Source: a virus (Duplodnaviria > Caudoviricetes). Taken from it: a stretch of 64,000 nucleotides of DNA. Of the stretch, positions 26,554 through 35,745 are shown piece by piece (position 1 is the stretch's first letter; each line of letters begins with the position of its first letter). The translations under genes and the position numbers were made by a program. The stretch spans positions 3,507 through 67,506 of IMG/VR virus record IMGVR_UViG_2847686936_000003; one strand, written 5' to 3'. A model generated the notes under the pieces. It had not been told where the DNA came from and did not search any database. It was given only the letters and a program-made list of their open reading frames with translations.

Positions 26554-27271
26554 CTGGAAGGTCCTCGATATCGAGGCGCGCCAGGTTGATCCGAACACGC
26601 TTCGCCGCCGCGAGAAGAACGCGCACTACATGGCACCGGCCATGTTCAAGCGCCTTGTCGAGAACGTCAAAATCGATGGCCGCCTCACCACCACGGTCCT
26701 GGCATGCGAGAACAAGGACGGCTCTCTCGAGATCTTGTCCGGACATCATCGCACGGCCGCGGCGATCGAGGCCGGCTTGCCGATGGTCGACGCGCTCGTG
26801 ATCACCACCCCGTTGAGCGAAAAGCGCAAGGTGGCGATCCAGCTCAGCCACAACTCGATCAACGGCGAGGATGACCAGTCGCTGCTGGCCCAGCTCTACG
26901 CCTCGCTCGACATCGATGCGAAGAAGTTCTCCGGGCTCGATGACAGCGTGCTCGCCGGCGACAAGGGACCAGGTGCTACCGCGCTCGGCGGGGCGAACAT
27001 CAAATACGACGAGCTGCTTTTCTCCTTCCTGCCGGAAGACCGCGTGCGTTTCGAGGTCGAGCTGGAGGCACTCGCCAAAAGGGCCAAGCGCTTCCGCATC
27101 CATGCCGCGCCGCAGTCGAAGTTCGACGAGTTCTTCGACACCATCGTGCGCACCAAGAGCCAGCTCAACATCGTCAATTCGGGCATCGCCCTCTCGGTCA
27201 TGGCGCGCCTTGCCGGCGAGCGGCTGGATCAACTCGAAGCGGAAGCGGAGGACAAATCCGATGCGGCATGA
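26531..27271 (+). CDS. ParB/Srx N-terminal domain protein
   Basis: KNAHYM...LVENVKIDG...EILSGHHRTAAAIEAG...IQLSHNSINGEDD. Confidence 0.85.
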   Translation: MASTSSVDWKVLDIEARQVDPNTLRRREKNAHYMAPAMFKRLVENVKIDGRLTTTVLACENKDGSLEILSGHHRTAAAIEAGLPMVDALVITTPLSEKRKVAIQLSHNSINGEDDQSLLAQLYASLDIDAKKFSGLDDSVLAGDKGPGATALGGANIKYDELLFSFLPEDRVRFEVELEALAKRAKRFRIHAAPQSKFDEFFDTIVRTKSQLNIVNSGIALSVMARLAGERLDQLEAEAEDKSDAA

Positions 27272-27410
27272 ACTGCCCAGCTTGCGCGGCTCGTTTCCCA
27301 AGCCCGAAGCGCCCATCGCCGGCCCGCCATTCGGCACCCCGTTTATCGTGGTGCTCGCCATCCTGTCGTTCACCTTCGCCGTGTGCCTCGCACGCGTTCT
27401 CCTTCCGTGA
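27261..27410 (+). CDS. small membrane protein
   Basis: FIVVLAILSFTFAVCLARV; overlaps the ParB stop. Confidence 0.45.
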   Translation: MRHELPSLRGSFPKPEAPIAGPPFGTPFIVVLAILSFTFAVCLARVLLP

Positions 27411-27660
27411 TCCAGGTGCATTCGTGTGTGTGTAACGTAGTGCCGGTGGTTAGTGTGGCCGCAGCGTCAAGCATTATGGGTCAGTTTGCATTTCGGCGCA
27501 TGTTTGCAGACCTTATGCCCAGCAACGCTTTGCGGCCCGATTTGACCAGCACAATCGCATTCGGTTCGGCTCGCGGCATGATGTCCATGGGTTGTGGGAT
27601 GGGTGGCAAAAAAATGAGCCATCCCGAACATTCCGAACACTCGCACGCGCGAGTCGTCCG

Positions 27661-28296
27661 GTGATCAAGACCACGACCAGCGTGACGACATCGAAGCCGA
27701 AGGCCAAGGCCAAGGCTGAAACGGCCACAGCGAAGCCGAAAGCCGAGCCGAAAAAAAAGCCGGCGCGCGGCAAGAAGAAGCCGGCCAGCAAGGCATCGCC
27801 TCCTGTGGCGCCGAAGCCTGCTCCCAAGCCTGAGCCGGCACCACAGCCGAAGCCGGCGGAAGGCAACCGGGGCGGGGCATCGCCGAAACTGACCGAGCGC
27901 GACGTGCCGCGCGTGATCGCGATGCTGCGCCAGTGCGGCGGCATCAAGACGGTCGCGGCGGAGAAGCTGAACGTCGGCCGCACCACGCTCTACGCCTTCC
28001 TGAACGAGCATCCCGAAATCCAGGAGGCCGATTCCGAGATCGCCGACGAGTTGCTCGACGTTGCCGAGGGGCAGGTGGTGATCGCGCTTCGCTCTGGCGA
28101 TTTGCAGACCGTGCGCTGGTACCTGGAGCTCAAAGGCAAGGACCGGGGCTATGTGCGCCGCGTCGAGCAGACCGGCAAGAATGGCGGCCCGGTCGAGACG
28201 CAAGCACGGGCGAACCCGAAAGACTACACCGACGAGGAGTTGGACGTCCTGATTGCGGCAGCGCAACGACGGAAGGCCGCCGAAGCGCAAGGGTGA
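27661..28296 (+). CDS. probable terminase small subunit (HTH) with K/P/A-rich N-terminus
   Basis: Directly upstream of terL; GGIKTVAAEKLNVGRTTLYAFL HTH; EQTGKNGGPVE motif; start codon uncertain. Confidence 0.7.
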   Translation: MIKTTTSVTTSKPKAKAKAETATAKPKAEPKKKPARGKKKPASKASPPVAPKPAPKPEPAPQPKPAEGNRGGASPKLTERDVPRVIAMLRQCGGIKTVAAEKLNVGRTTLYAFLNEHPEIQEADSEIADELLDVAEGQVVIALRSGDLQTVRWYLELKGKDRGYVRRVEQTGKNGGPVETQARANPKDYTDEELDVLIAAAQRRKAAEAQG

Positions 28297-28301
28297 ATTG
28301 A

Positions 28302-29951
28302 ATGGCGCAGAAGTCTGCCGCCGCCCGCGCGCCGCTCATTGCCCCCGACCTCGAAGACCTGCTGATCGAGCGAGACCGGCGCAAGGCCAAGGGATCGTTC
28401 GCCGAGTTCGTCAAGATGGCGTGGCTCGAACTCGAGCCGGAGACGCCGCTGGTCTGGAACTGGCACATGCAGGTGGTTTGCGACCATCTGCAAGCGCTGG
28501 TCGAGGGCAAGTTTCTCGAGCTGGGCCTGCGCAATCGCCTCGTCATCAACGTGCCGCCCGGCACATCGAAATCGCTTCTCGTCTCGGTGCTGTTGCAGGC
28601 ATGGGAATGGGGACCGGCCGGCCGCCCGGGCATGCGGTATCTGTCGACGGCCTACAACGACGGCCCGGTCAATCGCGACACCCGCAAATGCCGCGATCTG
28701 ATCCTGTCGCGCTGGTACCAGGACCGCTGGCCCGAGGTTTATCTCAGCCGCAGGGCCGAGACCTCGTTTGCCAACAACAGCACCGGCACCCGCGAGGGCG
28801 TGGCGTTCGGCTCGCTCACCGCGCAGCGTGGCGATCGCCTGATCATCGACGATCCGCACTCGACCGAGACGGCGGAATCGGCGACCGAGCGCACCGCCAC
28901 GACCCGCAAGTTTCGCGAGGGCGCGCAAAACCGCCTGAACGACCAGAAGCGCAGCGTGATCATCGTCATCATGCAGCGCCTGCATGAGGCCGACGTCACG
29001 GGCGTCATCCTCGACGGCAAGATGGATTACGTCCATCTGTGCCTGCCGATGCAGTTCGAGCCCGACCGCTGCTGCTACACCCCGGTCAAGGTTTCCAGTT
29101 CCGTCGGCGAGCCTATCCTGGCGCGCTATGACGCGAGCAAGCAGCACTGGTACGGCGAGAACGACAATCTGCCGGACGAGCGCCGCGCCGAGATCGAGGC
29201 GATCAAGCTCCAGCTCGTCTGGCGGCAGGATCCTCGCACCGTCGACGGCGAGATACTCGACCCGGTCCGCTTCCCACCCGATGAGCTGAAACAGCTCTAC
29301 AACGACATGACGTCGTATGCCGTCGCGGGCCAGTATCAGCAGCGGCCAGCGCCGCGCGCCGGCGGCATGTTCCAGCGTGCCTGGTTTGAGGGTCGCATCG
29401 TCAGGGCGGCGCCGAAGGGCACGATCTGGGTCCGCCATTGGGACTTGGCCGGCACGCGCGGCGGCACTGGCGCGCGCACCGCCGGCGTCAAGCTCGGCCG
29501 CGATCCCGAGGGCCGCTACTATGTCGGCCATGTCGTGACGCTGCGCGAGGAAGGCAAGTCGGTCCGCAAGACGATCGAGACGCAGGCCGCGCTCGACGGC
29601 AAGACGGTCCACATCAGCCTGCCGCAAGATCCTGGGCAGGCCGGCAAGGCGCAGGTGCAGGATTTCGTCGCGCAGCTCGCCGGCTACAAGGTGCATGCCG
29701 AGGGCGAGACCGGCGACAAGGTCACGCGCGCCGAGCCGTTCGCCGCGCAATGCGAGCACGGCAACGTCTACATCGTCGAAGGTGAGTGGAACACGCTCTA
29801 CCTCGACGAACTCTGCCTGTTCCCAGCCTCCAAGCTGATGGACCAGGTCGACGCATCTTCCGGAGCCTTTACGAGGCTGCTTAACATCAAGGGGGCCATG
29901 GTGATCAGCGACGACGTCCTTCGGCGCGCTGCCCAGCCTGGGCCGCGATGA
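28302..29951 (+). CDS. terL: terminase large subunit
   Basis: NVPPGTSKS Walker A, LIIDDPH Walker B, IMQRLHE, WDLAG and DQVDA nuclease motifs. Confidence 0.95.
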   Translation: MAQKSAAARAPLIAPDLEDLLIERDRRKAKGSFAEFVKMAWLELEPETPLVWNWHMQVVCDHLQALVEGKFLELGLRNRLVINVPPGTSKSLLVSVLLQAWEWGPAGRPGMRYLSTAYNDGPVNRDTRKCRDLILSRWYQDRWPEVYLSRRAETSFANNSTGTREGVAFGSLTAQRGDRLIIDDPHSTETAESATERTATTRKFREGAQNRLNDQKRSVIIVIMQRLHEADVTGVILDGKMDYVHLCLPMQFEPDRCCYTPVKVSSSVGEPILARYDASKQHWYGENDNLPDERRAEIEAIKLQLVWRQDPRTVDGEILDPVRFPPDELKQLYNDMTSYAVAGQYQQRPAPRAGGMFQRAWFEGRIVRAAPKGTIWVRHWDLAGTRGGTGARTAGVKLGRDPEGRYYVGHVVTLREEGKSVRKTIETQAALDGKTVHISLPQDPGQAGKAQVQDFVAQLAGYKVHAEGETGDKVTRAEPFAAQCEHGNVYIVEGEWNTLYLDELCLFPASKLMDQVDASSGAFTRLLNIKGAMVISDDVLRRAAQPGPR

Positions 29952-31525
29952 TCAAGAAACTTTGGGGCGCATTGCGCCGTCGTTGGACACGCGGGCCAGT
30001 CGCCGACGTCCCTGCGTCGGCACCGCCGGCAGCAATTCCTCCTGGAGCGCGTCCTCCCACGCGCATCTCGGATGCGATGCTGTCGGCGATCCGCGCGCAA
30101 GCGGCCGCACCGAAACAGCCGGTGCCGGTCTTCACCTTGCCCAAGCACCCGGATGGCGTGCTCCCGTCGGGCAACACCGGGCTTGCCATGGACAGCGCCG
30201 TCGGCGCGGTTCAAAGCTGGGCCAACGGCTTCGCGCTGAGCGGCTACTTCTCGGAGGGGATCACCTTCCTCGGCTACGCCTATCTCTCGGAGCTGGCGCA
30301 GCGCCCGGAATACCGGGTGATCTCCGAGACGATCGCCACCGAGATGACGCGCAAATGGATCCGCTTCACCTCGAACGACGGCGAGGACAAGGCCGACAAG
30401 ATCGCGGAGCTGGAGGCCGAGTTCAAGCGCCTGAACGTGCGCGACATCTTCTGCCGCGCCGCCGAGCAGGATGGCTTCTTCGGCCGCGGTCACATCTACA
30501 TCGACACCGGCGATACCGACGATGCCGACGAGCTGCAAAAGCCGATCGGCGACGGCTGGGACAAGCTCAGCGTCACCAAGTTCTCCAAGAAGCCGATCAA
30601 GGCGCTGCGCACCGTCGAGGCGGTCTGGTGCTATCCGACCAATTACAACTCGAGCGATCCGCTCAAGGACAATTGGTATCGGCCCGACAGCTGGTATGTG
30701 CAGGCCAAGATCGTCCACACCACGCGGCTGATCACCTTGATCGGGCGCGAGGTGCCCGACCTGTTGAAGCCGACCTATTCATTCGGCGGCCTGTCGCTGT
30801 CGCAGATGTGCAAGCCCTATGTCGACAACTGGCTGGAGACGCGCCAGTCGGTGAACGACATCATCTCGATGTTCAGCGTTTTCCTGCTGGCCACCAATCT
30901 CGGCGAGACGCTGCAAGCCGATGGCGATCAGCTCTTCCGGCGCGCCGAACTTTTCAATTTGGTCAGGTCCAATCGCGGCCTGATGATGATCGACAAGGAT
31001 AGCGAGGACTTCAAGAACGTCGCGGCTCCGCTCTCCGGGCTCGACGTGCTCCAGGCGCAGGCGCAGGAGCACATGGCGTCGGTGAGCCACATTCCGCTGG
31101 TCAAGCTGCTCGGCGTCCAGCCGGCCGGTTTGAACGCCTCCTCCGAGGGCGAAATCCAGGTCTTCTACGACTACGTCCACTCCTTCCAGGAGCACCTGTT
31201 TCGCCAGCCGATACATCGCCTGCTTGGCCTGGTGATGACATCGCTCTGGGGCGAGCCCGATCCCGGCATCGACTTCGAGTTCGAAAAGCTCGAAGAGACC
31301 AATGAGAAGGAAGCGGCCGAGGTCGAAAAGACCAAGGCGGAGCGCGACGTAATCCTGATCGACGCCGGCGTGATTTCGCCTGAGGAATCGCGCCAGCGCG
31401 TTGCCGGCGATCCGGACTCGGACTTCTCCTCGATCGATGTCGAGGACATGCCCGACCTGCTCGAAGAGGAGGACGACGGCCTTGTGGTCAAGGGCAGCTC
31501 CGAGGAACGAGACGAGGCGGCTTGA
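29948..31525 (+). CDS. portal protein (DUF1073 family)
   Basis: Follows terL; EMTRKW...IPLVKLLG.QP.GLNASSEGE. Confidence 0.9.
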   Translation: MIKKLWGALRRRWTRGPVADVPASAPPAAIPPGARPPTRISDAMLSAIRAQAAAPKQPVPVFTLPKHPDGVLPSGNTGLAMDSAVGAVQSWANGFALSGYFSEGITFLGYAYLSELAQRPEYRVISETIATEMTRKWIRFTSNDGEDKADKIAELEAEFKRLNVRDIFCRAAEQDGFFGRGHIYIDTGDTDDADELQKPIGDGWDKLSVTKFSKKPIKALRTVEAVWCYPTNYNSSDPLKDNWYRPDSWYVQAKIVHTTRLITLIGREVPDLLKPTYSFGGLSLSQMCKPYVDNWLETRQSVNDIISMFSVFLLATNLGETLQADGDQLFRRAELFNLVRSNRGLMMIDKDSEDFKNVAAPLSGLDVLQAQAQEHMASVSHIPLVKLLGVQPAGLNASSEGEIQVFYDYVHSFQEHLFRQPIHRLLGLVMTSLWGEPDPGIDFEFEKLEETNEKEAAEVEKTKAERDVILIDAGVISPEESRQRVAGDPDSDFSSIDVEDMPDLLEEEDDGLVVKGSSEERDEAA

Positions 31526-31715
31526 CGAGGCCCGCGAAATCCGACTCCGGCTGGTCGAGCTGGTGGGCATGAGCACGCCGGGCGAGATCGACCCTGACAA
31601 GTTCTTCCAAACCATTCTCGTGTTGGAACGGTTTGTTTGGGACGCGGGTGTTGCCAAGCCCGAGGAGCCGGCAGATAGTGCGGCTCCCGTCACTGACAAC
31701 GCCGGCACCGCTTGA
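31518..31715 (+). CDS. small hypothetical protein, start uncertain
   Basis: DEAREIRLRLVELVGMSTPGEIDPDKFFQTILVLERFVW reads as protein-like. Confidence 0.4.
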   Translation, partial: RLDEAREIRLRLVELVGMSTPGEIDPDKFFQTILVLERFVWDAGVAKPEEPADSAAPVTDNAGTA

Positions 31716-31790
31716 TCACGCTCCACCTCTGGGAACTCCTCAAAGCACAGACGCCCGACGATCGCGAGATCGCCGAGACGCTGAGGGATC

Positions 31791-32615
31791 GTGATGTCCA
31801 GCCTGCAAAGTCGTCGGACGGCCAAGCGCAACGAAAAGGTGCTTCGCCCCGTCCGACCCAACGTCGGGATTGAGACGGCCTACAGGGGCCGCCTGACGCG
31901 CTTGATCGACGCCATGAGCGACAGCGTGGTCTACTGGCTGAAAGCCTCCTACCGGGCCAATACGCCCCGCATAGCGCAGGATGAAACGCCGGCGGAAGCG
32001 CTGCGCCGATCGATCCGCAAGCTTGCCGCGCAGTGGACCAAGCGCTTCGACGTCGCCGCGGTGAAGCTCGGCGACTATTTCGCGCTCTCGGTCGAGAAAC
32101 GGTCGAGCGCCGCCTTGCGCAAGATCCTGCGCGACGGCGGCATCTCGGTCGAATTCAAGATGACGGCGGCGATGCGCGACGTCGTGGACGCGACGATCCA
32201 CGCCAATGTGGCGCTGATCAGGTCGATCCCCTCGCAGTATTTCGACCAGGTCGAAGGCGCGGTGGTGCGGTCGGTGCAGACCGGCCGCGACCTTGCCGGC
32301 CTGGTGCAGGATCTCGAGCGCTATTCCGGCATCACCCGGCGCCGGGCCGCCTTCATCGCGCTTGACCAGAACAACAAGGCGACAGCGGCCTTCAACACGG
32401 CGCGCCAGCTCGAACTCGGTATCGATGAGGCTGAGTGGCACCATAGCGGCGGCGGCAAGGAACCTCGCCCCACGCATGTCCAGGCCGGCCGCGAAAAGGT
32501 CCGTTACAAGATTTCGACGGGCTGGTACGACCCGGCCGTCAAGCGCTTCATACGGCCGGGCGAGGAGCCCGGATGCCGCTGTGTCGCCAAGCCGATCATC
32601 AAGGGCTTTTCATGA
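31791..32615 (+). CDS. head morphogenesis protein (SPP1 gp7 / MuF-like)
   Basis: NVALIRSIP...RAAFIALDQNNKA...W.HS...PRPTH...PGEEPGCRC. Confidence 0.9.
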   Translation: MMSSLQSRRTAKRNEKVLRPVRPNVGIETAYRGRLTRLIDAMSDSVVYWLKASYRANTPRIAQDETPAEALRRSIRKLAAQWTKRFDVAAVKLGDYFALSVEKRSSAALRKILRDGGISVEFKMTAAMRDVVDATIHANVALIRSIPSQYFDQVEGAVVRSVQTGRDLAGLVQDLERYSGITRRRAAFIALDQNNKATAAFNTARQLELGIDEAEWHHSGGGKEPRPTHVQAGREKVRYKISTGWYDPAVKRFIRPGEEPGCRCVAKPIIKGFS

Positions 32616-32630
32616 CCGAGGGGCGGGCGG

Positions 32631-33014
32631 TCACTGCGCTTTGTTTTCCTGCGCGACAAGGGCAAGGGTGCCGTCGAAAATCGAGTTGGTCGGATGGGCG
32701 TCGCACCAGTTCCGGAGCCACAGATCGACGGCAGCATTATCGAGCTCGATGCTGGGCTTCCCGGGGGCGCGCATCATGTTAACGGCGCTGAGATAGCCGA
32801 GCACCCAATTCATGAAGTTCGCGCTCTCGTCGAAAAACTTCCTGCCATCGGCCATTCTGAGAATGGCCTTGCCTGGATGGTTATCTCCCTCTGCAGCCAC
32901 AAAGGCACCGCATGTCTTGAGGCCGTAGCTGTAGATAAACGCGTTGGCATTTTCTGCACGGCACGGCGCCGTCGCTAGACCGAGAACGAGAGCTGACACA
33001 ATACAGCGAAACAT
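32631..33014 (-). CDS. secreted helical protein, Rap1a/HdeA-like (moron)
   Basis: Signal peptide; GLKTCG...WVLGYLSAVN...WLRNWCDAHP with two Cys. Confidence 0.6.
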   Translation of the reverse strand: MFRCIVSALVLGLATAPCRAENANAFIYSYGLKTCGAFVAAEGDNHPGKAILRMADGRKFFDESANFMNWVLGYLSAVNMMRAPGKPSIELDNAAVDLWLRNWCDAHPTNSIFDGTLALVAQENKAQ

Positions 33015-33026
33015 CGAATTTCCTTC

Positions 33027-33338
33027 CTAAGCGGCGTGCAGCGTCGGGATTGCATCGATCTCGGCGCGGAGAGCCTTCTCGGCCTGCTCCAGATCATAGT
33101 TGCGCTGGAGGTTGAGCCAAAGCACCGGGCCGTTGCCGACCAGCTTTCCAATGCGGAGAGCCATCGCCACCGTGACGGGCTGCTTTTCGTCCAGGATGTC
33201 GTAGAGCGTGCGACGCGAAATGCCGAGCAGCTTCGCGATCTCGGTCTTCGACACATTGAGCGACGGAATGACGTCTTCGCGCAGAAGCTCGCCGGGATGC
33301 ATCGCGGGCAGGCCGCGCTTGATGGGTGTCGTGTTCAT
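33027..33338 (-). CDS. higA: HigA antitoxin
   Basis: MHPGELLRED...SRRTL...VTVAMALRIGK...WLNLQRNYDL. Confidence 0.92.
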   Translation of the reverse strand: MNTTPIKRGLPAMHPGELLREDVIPSLNVSKTEIAKLLGISRRTLYDILDEKQPVTVAMALRIGKLVGNGPVLWLNLQRNYDLEQAEKALRAEIDAIPTLHAA

Positions 33339-33615
33339 CAGTGGTAATCCTCTAATTCGACTTCGGTTGCGTCTTCGCCGTCCCATGCAACGTGATGCGG
33401 TAATTGCCTGTGACGCGGACCGAATAGCGGCCCTTGTCGCGGCCCGAGAGGCCGTGGAAGTGATAGCCGGGAAGGTCCATGTCCTGCGGCCGCGCCGCCG
33501 CTTCCAAGGCCCGCAGGATGCGAGCGACACGCTTGTCGTCCTGAACGCTGAGACCGCGTGCTTTGCCGGTTTCGAAGAAGCGTTGCAGGGCTTTGTTTCG
33601 GAACGTCTTGATCAT
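33338..33615 (-). CDS. higB: HigB (RelE/ParE) toxin; 1-nt frameshift at ~33390
   Basis: MIKTFRNKALQRFF...LPGYHFHGL...YSVRVTGNYRIT; adding one T gives F-AWDGEDATEVELEDYH ending TGATG onto higA. Confidence 0.85.
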
Positions 33616-33693
33616 GCTTAGAGTGTAAGGCGCTACCTTACATAAGTCAACCAAAGTGTGAGGTCAAGCCTTACATTTAAGGAGCGATTTTCG

Positions 33694-35673
33694 ATGCCTG
33701 CGAAGTCTGAGGCCCAGCGCCGCGCCATGTACGCAGCGGCCGAGGGTCGAGGCGTGCTCGGCATCCCGAAGGCGGTCGGCGAAGAGTTCGTCGGCAAGGA
33801 CAGCGCGGGGCAGGCGGCCTCGCTGATGCTGGTCGCGCCCGATGGCGATGTCCTGGTGCTCCGGCGCTCGTCGACCGATACCAGCTGGCCCGGCCATTGG
33901 TGCTGGCCCGGTGGCAAGTCGGATGAAGGCGAAGACGCCGAGACGACGGCGGCGCGCGAGACCACCGAGGAGATCGGCACGCTGCCGTCTGGCGCGCGCC
34001 AGCTCATCGATACGCGCGGCACCCCGAATGGCTGGGTGCATCACACCTTTGCTCAGGCCGTCGAGACGAAATTCGCGCCGGTGCTGACCGACGAACATTC
34101 CGGCTATGCCTGGGCTCCCCTGCGCTCGCTGCCCGAGCCGCTGCATCCGGGCCTGCGCGACATGCTGGGCGAGCGGCTTGGCATAGCGGCCGACATGTCG
34201 CCTGAGGCATGGGACTCGCTGCGCTCCAACTTCGTGAAGTGGACGAGGGGCGAAGACATCGTGATCGAGGGCGCTTGCCCGATTTGCGGCGGCACCGGCG
34301 AACTCGCTGGACCTGGGATCGTGTGCGACGAATGCCGCGGCACGGACGCGGTGGCACAGGCCAACGACGCGCTCGCCATGGATCGCAATAGCGTGCGCTC
34401 GTTCGACCAGGACGGCCATCTGCGCGTCGAGATGACGCCGATCTCAAAGGCCAACATCTGCCCCTACTATGGCCGCGAAATCCCGGACTTCGAGGCGCTG
34501 GCGCTCGATCCCGAGCGCATCTATCGCCTGTACCGCGATGCGGACGAGCTCGCGAAAGCCGCCCCGACCTTCGTCGGCAAGCCGCTCTTGCTCAAGCACA
34601 TCCCGGTCAGCGCCAAGGAGCACCCGCGCGAAGCCGTGGTCGGCGCGCTCGGCGATGCCGTCGAGTTCCATGCCCCCTATCTCATGGCGCCGCTCAGCAT
34701 CTGGGATGGCGCTGCAATCGCGCTGATCGAATCCGATCGGCAGAAAGAACTTTCGAGCAGCTATCGCTACCGGGCCGACATGACGCCCGGCACGCTGGCT
34801 GGAGAATCCTACGACGGCGTGATGCGGGACATTTCCGCCAATCACGTCGCCTTGGTCGAGGAAGGCCGCGCCGGGCCTGATGTTGTAGTCGGCGACAGCA
34901 AAATGGAGATCATCACGATGAAGAAAGCAGCACTGCTGTCGCGCATGGCGTCCGTCGCCCACGGCGCGATCCTTGCCCACGTCATGCCTAAGCTCGCCGC
35001 CGATCAGAAGATCGATGTCAGCGCGGCTCTCGCGGGCGTTACCGCCGAAAACTTCAAGGCCAAGCGCCCCGCTATCCTCAAGGCAGTCGGTAAGGCCGCC
35101 GAGGGCAAGCTCGCCACCGACGCCAAGCTCGACGGTCTCGAGGGGGTTCTCGTCGCGCTCGACGAGGTGGAGGTCCAGGAAGCCATGGACGAAGACGACG
35201 AGGAGGAGGACGACAAGAAGAAGAAAGCCGAGGACTCCGAAGAGGAGGAGGACGAGGACGAGAAGAAGAAAAAGGCCGAAGACGGCGACGAGGACGATGA
35301 CGACAAGGTCGACAAGAAGGCCATGGACGCGGCAATCGCCGCGGCTGTGGTGCAGGCCAAGACCGAGGTCCGCGCCGAGATGCTCAAATCGGCCGCCGAA
35401 GTGCGCGCCGCCGAGGAGGCCGTTCGTCCCTACATCGGCAAGCTCGCCATGGCCCATGATAGCTCGGATGCCGTCTATCGCACCGCGCTCACCTCACTCG
35501 GCGTCAACATCGATGGTGTCCATCCCTCGGCACTGCCGGCCATTCTCAAGGCCCAGCCGCTACCTAGCGTCGGCGCACCGAAGAAGCCGGCCGTCGCCCT
35601 GGACGCTGCCGGGGTGAACTCGTTCTACGAGCTTTTCCCAGCCGCCAAGACCCACATCGTCAAGTCGCTCTAA
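33694..35673 (+). CDS. NUDIX + Zn-ribbon + DUF2213 head maturation/scaffold fusion protein
   Basis: Nudix box GGKSDEGEDAETTAARETTEEIG; CPICGG..CDEC; DUF2213 ISKANICPYYGRE...KELSSSYRY...NHVALVEEGRAG; acidic C-terminus. Confidence 0.88.
   Translation: MPAKSEAQRRAMYAAAEGRGVLGIPKAVGEEFVGKDSAGQAASLMLVAPDGDVLVLRRSSTDTSWPGHWCWPGGKSDEGEDAETTAARETTEEIGTLPSGARQLIDTRGTPNGWVHHTFAQAVETKFAPVLTDEHSGYAWAPLRSLPEPLHPGLRDMLGERLGIAADMSPEAWDSLRSNFVKWTRGEDIVIEGACPICGGTGELAGPGIVCDECRGTDAVAQANDALAMDRNSVRSFDQDGHLRVEMTPISKANICPYYGREIPDFEALALDPERIYRLYRDADELAKAAPTFVGKPLLLKHIPVSAKEHPREAVVGALGDAVEFHAPYLMAPLSIWDGAAIALIESDRQKELSSSYRYRADMTPGTLAGESYDGVMRDISANHVALVEEGRAGPDVVVGDSKMEIITMKKAALLSRMASVAHGAILAHVMPKLAADQKIDVSAALAGVTAENFKAKRPAILKAVGKAAEGKLATDAKLDGLEGVLVALDEVEVQEAMDEDDEEEDDKKKKAEDSEEEEDEDEKKKKAEDGDEDDDDKVDKKAMDAAIAAAVVQAKTEVRAEMLKSAAEVRAAEEAVRPYIGKLAMAHDSSDAVYRTALTSLGVNIDGVHPSALPAILKAQPLPSVGAPKKPAVALDAAGVNSFYELFPAAKTHIVKSL
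35190..35305 (+). repeat. acidic/Lys tandem repeats in the scaffold region (EDEEEDDKKKKAED...)
   Basis: gacgag/gaagac/aagaag low-complexity run. Confidence 0.7.
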
Positions 35674-35702
35674 GGCGAGCGGCTTTCCCTTCCAAGCCCG
35701 TC

Positions 35703-35730
35703 GAGCCGGCCAGCAAGCCGGCTCTTTTCA
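35703..35730 (+). terminator. hairpin + U-rich tract after the DUF2213 gene
   Basis: gagccggc-cagcaa-gccggctc-ttttcattt. Confidence 0.55.
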
Positions 35731-35745
35731 TTTAGGAGATCGCCC

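Noticed and set aside
29948-31525. Anti-CBASS nuclease Acb1
   Set aside because: DUF1073 proteins are sometimes auto-labelled this way, but position after terL, length and motifs indicate the portal
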